From Candidatus Dormibacteria bacterium (lineage in GTDB: Bacteria > Chloroflexota > Dormibacteria > DASZGP01): DNA of 64,000 nt. The stretch is taken from contig JBHEMS010000002.1 of NCBI GenBank assembly GCA_046262455.1, forward strand, positions 1,889 through 65,888, read 5' to 3'. The first letter of the stretch is position 1, and every line of letters starts with the position of its first letter. Position numbers and translations under genes: made by a program. Below, in pieces: positions 27,113 to 36,526 of this stretch. The notes beneath the pieces are model-generated. The model saw only the letters and a program-made list of their open reading frames with translations, was not told the DNA's origin and ran no database searches.

Positions 27113-29908
27113 TCAGTAGGGCGATAGGAGCTGGAGGGCCTTGTCAACAGCGCTCTCCAGCCCCAACCTTGCGCCCGCGTGAAGCTCCAGGTCCAACTCA
27201 GCGGGCTGGAAGACTTCAGTCAGCCGCGCCAGCAACCCGGCACGCATCGCAACTGCGGCCGGCTCCACTAGCCCGGCAGGAGGCTGCCTGCCACCCGTCG
27301 CGCCCAGGAGGTGCGCGCTGGTTGTTGGCTCCCCGGCGTCGGCCGCGAGCACAGCCGCCACCGTCAGACCGGCTGCGATCTCGCGCGGCTCATCGATCTG
27401 CTGCGCGAGCTTGATCCCGTCGGCGAGGTGAGCTGCCGCGTTTGACGCAGCGCCGTCCAGCACGCCAACGCGACCCAGTTCAATGAGGGCAACAGCCAGG
27501 TTCAGGCGGTCATCGACGCGCCGCAGGACGTCTGCGGACTGGGTCAAAGTCGTCCCTGCAAGGGCCGTGTCACCGCGCGCCAGTTCCGCACGACCGCGCA
27601 CGAGGAGACCGAAACCGACGTCACGGTCGTCGCCCAGGGAGTTGGCGATGGCGATGCCTTCAGTCACCAGGTCCGTCGGATCCCGTCCGCTCTCCACGGC
27701 GCAGTGCGCAGCATCCAACAACGCGACTGCCAGCAGATATGGGTCTGTGCTGGCCCGCGCACGCGCGATCGCATCGGCAAACGCTTCAGTGGCTTCCTGC
27801 AATCGGCCGGCGAAATGTGCGGTCATCGCCAAATACCTGGTCGCCTGGGCGGCGCGCACTGCCAGGTTCTCGGACTCCGCCAGCTGCAGCGCCGCGCGGT
27901 GGAATCCCTCCGCAGCGGGGATGTCGTACATCTGCTGGGCCAGCCGACCCGCACCCATGAGCGCATCAGCGCGAAGGTCGGGGCTGGCTCCCGGGCTCGC
28001 CGCGAGCGCCGCCTCGATCCACGACCTTCCCTCCGATAGCATGCTGCGGTAGAGCCAGTACAGCCGTAGGGACCCCGCAACCTCAAGACCCTCCGGAAGC
28101 CGTCTCGAAATCGCCAGCTCCAGCGCAGCCCGGATGTTCTCCACCTCGGCGTCCAGTTGCTCCAGGGTCGCTTCCTGGCCGGCGCCCTTCAGCCGTTCGG
28201 CAGACTCGCGGGCAAGGCCCGTGAACCAGCGCAGATGCTCCCGGCGGACCGCCTCCAGGTCCCCCGACTCCTCCAGCTTCTGGAGCGCGTACTGACGGAT
28301 CGGCTCGAGCAGCCTGAACCGGCTGTGCCCCCCTCCCGCATCGCGAACAACGAGCGACTTGTCCACCAAGCGGCCCAGCAGGTCAAGGATGTCCTCGGCA
28401 GGACCTCTGCCGCATACCGCTTCGGCAGCCTCCAGGCTCCAACCTCCCGAGAAGACCGCCAGGCGGCGGAACACGGCCGCCTCCGCCGCATCCAGCAGGT
28501 TGTGGCTCCAGTCGACGGTCGCCCTCAGCGTGGCCTGTCGGGAAAGTCCAGGCCGCACCGCGGATGTAAGCAAACGGAACTGGTCATCGAGGCGGTCGGC
28601 AATCTGCTGCACGCTGAGAACGCGCACCCGGGCGGCCGCCAGTTCGAGCGCCAGCGGGATGCCCGACAGGCTGGCACAGACCTGCGCGACGGCGGCCTGG
28701 TTCGCGGCGGTCACTGTGAACTCGCGGTCGTGGAGGCGCGCGCGGTCGATGAACAGTCGAACCGCCGGAAACGCGCCGAACTCTTCCAGACGAGGCAGGT
28801 GTGCCGGGTTCGGCGCCGCCAGCGAAGGCACCCGCCACGACACCTCGCCCGGGACGCCCAGCAGCTCGCGGCTGGTCGCCAGGACGGTCAGTCCGCGCAC
28901 CGCCTCCAGCAGCTTTGATGAAGTTTCGGCAACGGCGCTGAGCAGGTGTTCGCAGTTGTCCAGGAGAAGCAGAGTCCGACGGCCGGCGAGATGCGCTACA
29001 ACCGCGTCCCGGACGGCGGCGCCCGGGTCCGCAGCGGCGGCACTCCCGGGCGGCGCCGGCCGCTCGCCAATGCCGAGCGCGGCCGCCACCACGCTGCTGA
29101 CGAGGGCCGGCTCCGTCGTAGAACTGAGCTCCACGAACCACACCCCGTCGGGAAACGCGTCGCTCAGCCCCGCTGCGACTTCCAGCGCCAGTCGCGTCTT
29201 GCCACACCCACCTGTACCAGTCAGGGTCACGAGGCGTGATCCCCTGAGGATGTCCGTCAGGTCGGCGACCTCCCTATCGCGGCCGATGAAGCTCGTTAGC
29301 TTCACGGGCAGGTTGTTGGGGACGGCCTCCAGGCCTCTCAGTTCCGGGAAGTCCGAGGGCAGGTCGGGGTGCGAGATCTGGTAGATCCGCTCCGGTTCCG
29401 TCAGGTCCTTGAGGCGGTGCGAGCCGAGGTCGATGAGGTAGGCGCCCTCGGGCATGTGCTGGGCGGTGCGCGCCTGCGCGGCAGCGGACATCAACGTCTG
29501 TCCACCGACCGCCAGCGACCGCAACCGCGCACACCGGTTGACGTCCGAGCCGTAGTAGTCGCCCTCCCGGAGCTCCGCCTCCCCGACGTGCAACGCGATC
29601 CGGACCTTGAGCGAGAGACCTGCGGGCCAGGGCTCGGCCGCCAGGCCGAGCTGGATATCCACGGCTGCTGCGGCCGCGGAGATCGCGTCGCCAAATACGG
29701 AGAAGGAGCTGTCGCCCTCACCTCGCGACCGCAGCAGCTCGCCGTTGTGGCGCGTGACCGCCTCCTGGATGAGCGCATCGTGGCGCGATAGCGCCGCCCG
29801 CATGGCGATGGCGTCGCGCTCCCACATCCTGGTCGAGCCCTCGACGTCCGTGAGCATGAACGTGATCTCGGCTCTCGCCGCCTTCGCCTCGTCGCGTGCG
29901 ATAGTCAT
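27113..29908 (-). CDS. Class III adenylate/guanylate cyclase domain - P-loop STAND NTPase - TPR repeat protein
   Basis: Cyclase domain: ITFMLTDVEGSTRMWE...GDSSFSVF...YGSDVNRCARL. P-loop: GTGGCGKTRLALEVA. Long helical-repeat C-terminus. ATG 29908 has an AAGGGA RBS. Confidence 0.9.
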   Translation of the reverse strand: MTIARDEAKAARAEITFMLTDVEGSTRMWERDAIAMRAALSRHDALIQEAVTRHNGELLRSRGEGDSSFSVFGDAISAAAAAVDIQLGLAAEPWPAGLSLKVRIALHVGEAELREGDYYGSDVNRCARLRSLAVGGQTLMSAAAQARTAQHMPEGAYLIDLGSHRLKDLTEPERIYQISHPDLPSDFPELRGLEAVPNNLPVKLTSFIGRDREVADLTDILRGSRLVTLTGTGGCGKTRLALEVAAGLSDAFPDGVWFVELSSTTEPALVSSVVAAALGIGERPAPPGSAAAADPGAAVRDAVVAHLAGRRTLLLLDNCEHLLSAVAETSSKLLEAVRGLTVLATSRELLGVPGEVSWRVPSLAAPNPAHLPRLEEFGAFPAVRLFIDRARLHDREFTVTAANQAAVAQVCASLSGIPLALELAAARVRVLSVQQIADRLDDQFRLLTSAVRPGLSRQATLRATVDWSHNLLDAAEAAVFRRLAVFSGGWSLEAAEAVCGRGPAEDILDLLGRLVDKSLVVRDAGGGHSRFRLLEPIRQYALQKLEESGDLEAVRREHLRWFTGLARESAERLKGAGQEATLEQLDAEVENIRAALELAISRRLPEGLEVAGSLRLYWLYRSMLSEGRSWIEAALAASPGASPDLRADALMGAGRLAQQMYDIPAAEGFHRAALQLAESENLAVRAAQATRYLAMTAHFAGRLQEATEAFADAIARARASTDPYLLAVALLDAAHCAVESGRDPTDLVTEGIAIANSLGDDRDVGFGLLVRGRAELARGDTALAGTTLTQSADVLRRVDDRLNLAVALIELGRVGVLDGAASNAAAHLADGIKLAQQIDEPREIAAGLTVAAVLAADAGEPTTSAHLLGATGGRQPPAGLVEPAAVAMRAGLLARLTEVFQPAELDLELHAGARLGLESAVDKALQLLSPY

Positions 29909-29948
29909 GCGGTAATCCCTTGGGTCCCTTCCTTCGGCCCTCATTATC

Positions 29949-30830
29949 GTGGCAGCACTGCAATCACATCCACGCGTCGACTCGGACGTCTCATCCTGGG
30001 TGACCCGCCTCGGCATCCCCGGGATCTTCGACATCCACGTCCACTTCATGCCCGACGCCGCGCAGCGGGCGGTCTGGAGGCACTTCGACGCGCTCGGCGG
30101 CTGGGAGATTCGCTACCGGACCGACGAAGCCACACGCCTCACCACTCTTCAGGAACTCGGGGTGCTCCGTCACACCGCCCTCGCCTACGCGCACAAGCCC
30201 GACATGGCGGCGTGGCTCAACGAGTACACCCTGGGTTTGGCCGAGCGCGACAACCGGACGATCTCGACGTTCACGTTCTACCCCGAACCGTCTGCCGGCG
30301 ACTATGTGCGCGTCGCGCTGGAGCAAGGCGGCCGGGTGGCCAAGGTCCACCTCCAGGTCGGGAAGTTCGACCCCGCGGATCCCCTGTTGGTCTCGGTGTG
30401 GGATCGACTGGAGTCAGCCGGGACCGTCGTGGTGATCCACGCCGGCGCGGTTGCCGACGGCTCGGGAGGAGAGGCGTGGTGCGGGATGGCACCCGTGCGA
30501 CGCCTGCTGCTGGCGCGTCCAGGACTCAAGCTGGTGCTGGCGCACCTCGGCGCCCCCGACTACGCGGACGCGGTGGCGCTGGCAGAGGAGTTCCCCCAGC
30601 TGCTCATGGACACTGCGATGGTCCTGGTGGAGGGCACGGGGTTCAGCTACCCGCCGGACCTGATGGCCTGGCTGCAGGCCTCGCCACGGCGGATCCTCTT
30701 CGGGTCTGATTTCCCTTCGTTCCCCCACGACTATGCCGCACAGCTGCGGGGCCTGGCGGCCACCGGCTTTGGCGAGGCGTGGTTGCGGCGCGTGCTCTGG
30801 CACAACGCCGCCGAACTGTTACCGGGCTAA
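29949..30830 (+). CDS. Amidohydrolase-2 (TIM-barrel metal-dependent hydrolase) family protein
   Basis: IFDIHVHFMPD metal-binding motif, VIHAG, LAHLG, GSDFP. GTG 30000 is an alternative start. Confidence 0.85.
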   Translation: MAALQSHPRVDSDVSSWVTRLGIPGIFDIHVHFMPDAAQRAVWRHFDALGGWEIRYRTDEATRLTTLQELGVLRHTALAYAHKPDMAAWLNEYTLGLAERDNRTISTFTFYPEPSAGDYVRVALEQGGRVAKVHLQVGKFDPADPLLVSVWDRLESAGTVVVIHAGAVADGSGGEAWCGMAPVRRLLLARPGLKLVLAHLGAPDYADAVALAEEFPQLLMDTAMVLVEGTGFSYPPDLMAWLQASPRRILFGSDFPSFPHDYAAQLRGLAATGFGEAWLRRVLWHNAAELLPG

Positions 30831-30864
30831 AGACTCCGTTCCCGCGCTCCCGCGGGGTCCGGCG

Positions 30865-31392
30865 TCAAGCGCGCTCGGGCGGGAGACCGGGGTCCATGTG
30901 CTGCTTGATCAGCTCGGTGCGACGCTGGCGGCTCTCCCGGCGGATGCGGGCGTGTGTCTGGCGGCGCACCTCGTCTTCGGTCTCCACCACCAGCGGCGGG
31001 ACCTGGGTCGGCCGCCGGGCCTCGTCCAGTGCCACGAAGACCAGGTAGGCGGAGCTGGTGTGCACGGCCTTGCCCGTACGCACGTTCTCCGACTCCACGC
31101 GGACGCCCACCTCCAGCGACGACTTACCCACGTCATTCACCGACGCGTGACATGTCACCAGGTCGCCCACGTGGACCGGGTGCAAAAAGGTCATCGAGTC
31201 GACGGTCGCGGTAACAACGCGAGTCCGGCAGTGTCGCATGGCGCAGATCCCGGCCGCGGTGTCGACCAGCTTCATGATCGTGCCGCCGTGCACGTCGCCC
31301 GAAGGATTGGCATCGCCGGGGTTCATCTGCACGCTGATGGTTACCCGGGAGCCGGCGGCGGGGCGCGGGATCGTGCGGTCGATGTCGTTCAC
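30865..31392 (-). CDS. Acyl-CoA thioesterase (hotdog fold, YciA/ACOT-like)
   Basis: DANPSGDVHGGTIMKLVDTAAGICAMRH...VGKSSLEVGVRV. Confidence 0.9.
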   Translation of the reverse strand: MNDIDRTIPRPAAGSRVTISVQMNPGDANPSGDVHGGTIMKLVDTAAGICAMRHCRTRVVTATVDSMTFLHPVHVGDLVTCHASVNDVGKSSLEVGVRVESENVRTGKAVHTSSAYLVFVALDEARRPTQVPPLVVETEDEVRRQTHARIRRESRQRRTELIKQHMDPGLPPERA

Positions 31393-31415
31393 GGGAACCT
31401 CCTGTCCACCCAGTG

Positions 31416-31970
31416 TCAGCGCTCGCCGGGTGGCTCGTCAAAGGCGAAGAGTCGCTTCTTGCGCACCAGGTACACGACCACGACGATGTTGATCACCAGG
31501 GTTACCAATTTGAGCGGTGTCACGTGGTGCACCACCTCGTACGCCTCGAGCGGGATGAAAAAGGCCGTGGCGAGGACAACGAGGTACTCCGCCCAGCGTC
31601 GCCGCAGCAACAGTCCGACCGCCTCGGATGCCTCGATCACGCCATACAGGAACGAGCCCGCCGCCAGCGCGACCAGGTGAGAGTGCGACATGCCGGCAAA
31701 GCGCAGGATCAACTCGAAGATCGCCCGCCGCAGCACGTTGGACCCGGAATCGAGGCTGAACTGCTCGACGAACCGATTGCCGACGGCGTTGAGCCCGGTC
31801 CGCGCGTGCACCCCGACGTAAAGGGCCACCACCAGCAGCAGCAGCCCTTTTAGGCCGCGCTCCACGATCAGGTACCAGAGGACAAAGCCGCGGTGCTCGA
31901 TGCGCAGGCCCAGGTCGCGGCGCAGCCGTTGCCACCACGACGCCGGCCGCCGCGCCGCGGCCTCAGCCAC
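31416..31970 (-). CDS. DUF2127-like membrane protein
   Basis: ERGLKGLLLLVVALYV and C-terminal PLEAYEVVHHVTPLKLVTLVINIVVVVYL. GTG 31970 overlaps the pgsA stop as GTGGCTGA. Confidence 0.75.
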   Translation of the reverse strand: MAEAAARRPASWWQRLRRDLGLRIEHRGFVLWYLIVERGLKGLLLLVVALYVGVHARTGLNAVGNRFVEQFSLDSGSNVLRRAIFELILRFAGMSHSHLVALAAGSFLYGVIEASEAVGLLLRRRWAEYLVVLATAFFIPLEAYEVVHHVTPLKLVTLVINIVVVVYLVRKKRLFAFDEPPGER

Positions 31971-32703
31971 CCGCCGGCTCGGGGCCGCGCACCTCACGTT
32001 CGAGACGCGGCTCAACCGCGACCGCGGCTGGCGGCGCCAACGCCGCCGGCCCCGCAGCACTGCCCTCGAGCTCGTCGCGGAGCCGCGCCTGGGACTGCCG
32101 CCACACTATCCACACGCGCTGAAGCGCGGTGAGGTTGGTGAAAACCGCGAGGAGCAGCACGATGACCAGGAGCACGGTCGTGTTCCAGGGTGTCAACAGC
32201 AGGCCGCCGACCGTGAGGAGGACGCGCTCCGGACGGGCCAGCAGACCACCGTCACAGGTGAACCCGAGGCTCTGCGCGCGGGCCCGGACGTAGCTCACCA
32301 GCAGCGAGCCGCAGGCGGCGAGGACCACCAGCACCGGGCCCACGAACACATGGTGGCGCTGGAAGTACACGACCAGGGCAACCATCACCGCCGCCTCGGA
32401 CATCCTGTCGGTGGTCGAGTCCAGGAAGGCGCCGTAGGGGTAGGAGCGATTCGAGGCACGCGCCAGGGCGCCGTCAAAGATGTCGAAGACGCCGGCGAAG
32501 AGGAGTACCAGCCCGCCGCTGAAGGGGTGATCGAGCACGATCAGGACGGCGGCGAGGATGGTCATTAGGAACCCGCTGACAGTCAGCTGGTTGGGCGTGA
32601 TGGGCAGGCTGCGCAGCCGCGCCGCGGCGCGCAACGCTAGGCGCCTAACCCAGGCCTGGAACTGCGTCGTGAACACGCTCTGGCTCCTTTGCCACGGGGG
32701 CAA
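31963..32703 (-). CDS. pgsA: CDP-alcohol phosphatidyltransferase, probable phosphatidylinositol-phosphate synthase
   Basis: DGALARASNRSYPYGAFLDSTTDRMSEA matches D-G-x2-A-R-x8-G-x3-D-x3-D. Context includes ino1, pimA and patA. GTG 32676 is an alternative start. Confidence 0.88.
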   Translation of the reverse strand: MPPWQRSQSVFTTQFQAWVRRLALRAAARLRSLPITPNQLTVSGFLMTILAAVLIVLDHPFSGGLVLLFAGVFDIFDGALARASNRSYPYGAFLDSTTDRMSEAAVMVALVVYFQRHHVFVGPVLVVLAACGSLLVSYVRARAQSLGFTCDGGLLARPERVLLTVGGLLLTPWNTTVLLVIVLLLAVFTNLTALQRVWIVWRQSQARLRDELEGSAAGPAALAPPAAVAVEPRLEREVRGPEPAGG

Positions 32704-33901
32704 TCCCGTGGCGCAACGCGACGGTCTGCGCCAGCTGACGCTGACTTCCCTGGTTGAACGGGGTGCGTTGGTAGCGGCGGACGGCGTCCTCGTAGGACCC
32801 CACCAGTTGGTCGACGACCCGCTGCCAGGAGAACGCCTGGGCGCGACGCCGGCCCGCCTCGCCGAGCCGCGCCCTCAGCTCGGCGTCGCCTGCGAGCAGG
32901 GTGAGTGCGGAAGCCAGGCTCAAGGGGTCGTCACGGCGTACGAGGATGCCCTCGCGGCCGGGGGTGATCAGCTGCGCGAACCCCGGGATGTCCGAGGCCA
33001 CCACCGGCACCCCACTGGCCATCGCCTCGAGCAGCACGATGCCAAAGCTCTCCTTGCCGGTGTTGGGCGCGCAGTACACGTGGGCGCTGGCGAAGTATCG
33101 AGGTTTGTCATCGTCACTGACAAAGCCCGTGAAGACGACATCGCGTATCTCTTGCGCCTCGACAAAGGTCTCGTAGCGGCGCCGGGCGCGGTCCTGGGAG
33201 CCGCCGACGATGACCAGCCGCAGCTCGGGCATGCGCTCCTTCACCTGGGCGTATGCCCGCAGCAGCACGCCGAGACCCTTCCGCTGCTCCAGCCTTCCGA
33301 GAAAGAGGATGTTTATCTTCCCATCCATCAACCGCGGGATTGGCTCGACAGCGCGCCCGAAGCGATCCAGGTCGACGCCGTTGGGCACCACTGAGTACTG
33401 TCCACGAAAGTAGCGTCCAACGAAGTCGCGCGCGGGCTCGCTGACAGCCACCAGGCCGTGGAGCTTGCGGTGATACCGGCGCATCATGCTCCGGCCGTAG
33501 TAATAGGCGTAGCTGCTCTTAGAGTACGCATGGAACGTGCCGACGTTGCACGTCTTGCTGGCCCGCAGCACTGTTATCGGCAGCGCCGGCATCAGGGGCT
33601 CGTGGTAGTGGATGAGGTCGAAGCGCTCCTTGTCCAGGATGCGGTTGATGTACCGGCTGAGGTGAAAGCTCAGCGTGATCCGCGCGATGCTGCCGTTGGC
33701 GGGCACCGGGATGACCCTGCCGATCCGGTAAAAATCCTCCTCTGCGGCCTCGCTGATCTCCATCGGCAGGTCTCCCGACGCCGGCGCCATCAGCTTCACG
33801 TCGGCTCCGCGCGAGCGCAGCATCGGTGCCAGGTGCAGGATGTGCTCGGTGACCCCGCCCGGGTGGCTCAGGTCGTAGGGACTGACGAGACCAATCTTCA
33901 C
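32645..33901 (-). CDS. pimA: GT4 glycosyltransferase, PimA-like phosphatidylinositol alpha-mannosyltransferase
   Basis: MKIGLVSPYDLSHPGGVTEHILHLA and VYCAPNTGKESFGIVLLEAMASG closely follow the mycobacterial PimA pattern. Confidence 0.9.
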   Translation of the reverse strand: MKIGLVSPYDLSHPGGVTEHILHLAPMLRSRGADVKLMAPASGDLPMEISEAAEEDFYRIGRVIPVPANGSIARITLSFHLSRYINRILDKERFDLIHYHEPLMPALPITVLRASKTCNVGTFHAYSKSSYAYYYGRSMMRRYHRKLHGLVAVSEPARDFVGRYFRGQYSVVPNGVDLDRFGRAVEPIPRLMDGKINILFLGRLEQRKGLGVLLRAYAQVKERMPELRLVIVGGSQDRARRRYETFVEAQEIRDVVFTGFVSDDDKPRYFASAHVYCAPNTGKESFGIVLLEAMASGVPVVASDIPGFAQLITPGREGILVRRDDPLSLASALTLLAGDAELRARLGEAGRRRAQAFSWQRVVDQLVGSYEDAVRRYQRTPFNQGSQRQLAQTVALRHGIAPVAKEPERVHDAVPGLG

Positions 33902-34626
33902 GCGCCCGTCCTCATGCGCTGCACCATGTGAGCCGGGCCGCGGCGCACGTTGCTGCGAAAGGAGTCGAACTTTCGACGGGCCACCAGCGCATGCGTCGCG
34001 AGGTCCCAGTGCACGCCCCCCGGCTCGGTCTCGCCGTTGGTCACCGCGCGACGGTAGTCGGCGGCAGTCCGGCCCTCGAACACCGTGTAGGCGCTGCCAA
34101 CACCCTCGAGGTGGTGGGCGTCGGAGTTGCCGACCTCCGGCAGGTGATAGTGCTCCTTGTTGAGGCGCCGCAGCTTGGCCTCAGCAATGCGGCCGGCATA
34201 GCTTGGGTTGAAGGTCTCAACCGCATCGAAGAAAATCTCCGAACTCGGGTTGCGCATGATGCGCTCGAACGACCAGCGCCCGATGCTGCGGGTCAGCATG
34301 GACATCGGGTGCGGTGCGACGACCACGCCGCCCTGCTCGTGGGCCTTGCCGATCGTCCACTCCAGCGACCTCCACATCTTGATGGGCCGGTCGATGAACA
34401 GGCAGAGACAGTGACCTTCGATGGTGGTCATCTCGACCCCCGGGACGACTTCGAAGTTGTAGTCGCCCTGCATCTGAACGGCCTCCTGGGCTCCGCGCAA
34501 GCGGTCGTGGTCGGTGATCGCCACGACGTCGAGGTCGGTCCTCTCGCGCACAAAGTCGAGGATCTCGCGTACCGATGCCGTCCCGTCGTTGCGACTGGTG
34601 TGCACGTGCATATCCGCCTTACCCAA
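33898..34626 (-). CDS. PHP-domain metal-dependent phosphoesterase
   Basis: DMHVHTSRNDG...AITDHD...VAPHP...GNSDAH motifs. TTG 34626 is preceded by GGAGGAG and overlaps the upstream stop. Overlaps the pimA start by 4 nt. Confidence 0.85.
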   Translation of the reverse strand: MGKADMHVHTSRNDGTASVREILDFVRERTDLDVVAITDHDRLRGAQEAVQMQGDYNFEVVPGVEMTTIEGHCLCLFIDRPIKMWRSLEWTIGKAHEQGGVVVAPHPMSMLTRSIGRWSFERIMRNPSSEIFFDAVETFNPSYAGRIAEAKLRRLNKEHYHLPEVGNSDAHHLEGVGSAYTVFEGRTAADYRRAVTNGETEPGGVHWDLATHALVARRKFDSFRSNVRRGPAHMVQRMRTGA

Positions 34627-35560
34627 CGGACTCCTCCAACTCCGCCACCGCCGGGGCACGCTGCGGAAGGGCAACGGTGCGAACCTCGGGCTGGAAGATC
34701 GGGACCATCACGTGCCACTGGTCGGGAAAACGCTTGATGAGCGCTTCGAACTGCAGCAACACCGCCCTCACCGCGGCGTCGACGGCGCCCGGTTCGTCGC
34801 CGATCCAACTCGGCTCCATGCCGACAAAGACGTAGCGGTCGTCTTCGGTGCGATAGCAGATGACCGGAAGCACCGCCGCGCCGGTGCGCTGGGCGATGTC
34901 GAATAGCCCGGTCGGAACGTTGATGGCCTGTCCGAAAAACGCGAACGGCCTCCCCGAGTTGAGCAGGTCACGATCGATCGCGCCGACTACCATCTCATTC
35001 CGCTGCAGCCGGCGCAGGATGTCGCGGGGAGCGGTGCGGTTGAGGGGAATGACCGAGATTCCGCTGGATTCGCGCAGTTTCAGCACCTTGGCCCAGAGCT
35101 CCGGGGGCTCGAGCTTCTCCGCGATCAGCCCCGTCGGCCAGGGCGAATTGTTGCCCCACCACGACGCGGCGCCCTCCCAGCCGCCCATGTGGATGGTGAC
35201 GACGACAGCGCCCTTGCCGCCGGCCATGGCCCGCTCGGCGTTTTCCCGGCCGTCGATCGAGGCTAGTTTCAGTTTCTCGTCGAGCGGTACCCGGGGCATC
35301 TTGAAAAGGTCCACCCAGAACTTGCCGTAGTTCTTGGCGTTGCGCTGCATCAGGTCGGTGATCTGCGCCGGTGTGTAGTCGGGAAACACGTGCTCGAGGT
35401 TGCTCCGCAGCCCCGCGACCCGGCTGGGGAAGATGGTTGCCACCACCCAGCCGACCACCGCCATCAGGACGTAACTGACCAGCCGCGGTAGCCAACCGAA
35501 AAGGGCGTCGGCTAGGGCCAGGCCCAGCAGCCGGCGCTGGTTGTATGCGAAGTTGGTCAA
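34619..35560 (-). CDS. LpxL/HtrB-family lysophospholipid acyltransferase (PatA-like), copy 2
   Basis: Lauroyl-acyltransferase fold with the HMGGWE motif. TTG 35560 overlaps the upstream stop as TTGA. Confidence 0.85.
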   Translation of the reverse strand: MTNFAYNQRRLLGLALADALFGWLPRLVSYVLMAVVGWVVATIFPSRVAGLRSNLEHVFPDYTPAQITDLMQRNAKNYGKFWVDLFKMPRVPLDEKLKLASIDGRENAERAMAGGKGAVVVTIHMGGWEGAASWWGNNSPWPTGLIAEKLEPPELWAKVLKLRESSGISVIPLNRTAPRDILRRLQRNEMVVGAIDRDLLNSGRPFAFFGQAINVPTGLFDIAQRTGAAVLPVICYRTEDDRYVFVGMEPSWIGDEPGAVDAAVRAVLLQFEALIKRFPDQWHVMVPIFQPEVRTVALPQRAPAVAELEESVG

Positions 35561-36492
35561 GGCGTTACCAGGGCCCCCGCGCCCGCGCCGCTGCCGGTCT
35601 GGCGCCCGTCGCCCTGCGGGGTGGTTTCCGCCTCCCACATCGGCGAGAACAAATACCACTGCTCGGGGTGGCGCAAGAGCACGGGCTCGAACCGGTCCAT
35701 CATCGCCTGGGCGAGGGAAGCGACATCAGTGTCCCTGTCATCTCCTCCAGTGAGGGTGAAGGGGATCGCCGGCTGTACCTCGAGCAGGTAGCGATTGTCC
35801 GCCTGCCGGCGACAGAGGATTGGGACCACGGGTGCCCCGCTGCGCAGTGCCAGCAGCGCCGGTCCTGCGGGCACCATCAGGTGCTGGCCTGCCACCCCCA
35901 CGCGCACGTTGCGCCCATCCTTGGCCAGGTCGCAGACCAGCGCCACCACCTCGTTGCGACGGAGGGCGCCGAGTACCGCCCGGCCCGCGGCGACACCCAG
36001 GGGCACGACGTTCACCCCCGCGCGTTCGCGCGCGGCGGTAACCCGGCCGTTGAGGTCATCGTCGCCGTACCGGTCGGTCACGGCGGTGACCTTGAGCCCG
36101 CGCGCGGCCGCGGCAGCCGCGGCGACGTCCCAGTTTCCGAAGTGCGGGGTCACCACGACCACGCCCCTCCCCAGGTCCAGGGCCTGCTGGATGTTTTCAA
36201 AGCCGCGCCAGTCGACCATCCTCATCACCTGGTCGCGGTTCAACCGCGCCAGCATCAGGAAATCGGCCATCAGCTTGGCGTAACCCACCACCGCCTCCTG
36301 CGCGACTCGACGCACCTCCGGGGAAGTGACCGGCTGATGGAGGATGCCGGCGTAGTTCTCCAGGGCCTGCCGGCGCATGGACGGCAGGATGGCGTACGCG
36401 GCGCGGCCCGCCAGGCGGGCTCCCCCGTACCGCAGCGATGGTGGAAGCGAGGCGGTGACCCGGCCCCCGGCATCGAACAGTCGGCCGATCAA
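35557..36492 (-). CDS. LpxL/HtrB-family lysophospholipid acyltransferase (PatA-like), copy 1
   Basis: The HFGNWD motif and NRDQVMRMVDWRGFENIQQAL. TTG 36492 follows a GGGGGA RBS, 32 nt after the ino1 stop. The track start at 36648 overlaps ino1. Confidence 0.85.
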   Translation of the reverse strand: MIGRLFDAGGRVTASLPPSLRYGGARLAGRAAYAILPSMRRQALENYAGILHQPVTSPEVRRVAQEAVVGYAKLMADFLMLARLNRDQVMRMVDWRGFENIQQALDLGRGVVVVTPHFGNWDVAAAAAAARGLKVTAVTDRYGDDDLNGRVTAARERAGVNVVPLGVAAGRAVLGALRRNEVVALVCDLAKDGRNVRVGVAGQHLMVPAGPALLALRSGAPVVPILCRRQADNRYLLEVQPAIPFTLTGGDDRDTDVASLAQAMMDRFEPVLLRHPEQWYLFSPMWEAETTPQGDGRQTGSGAGAGALVTP

Positions 36493-36526
36493 GGTTGTCC
36501 CCCGGCGTGCATCCGGCAGGCCCGGC

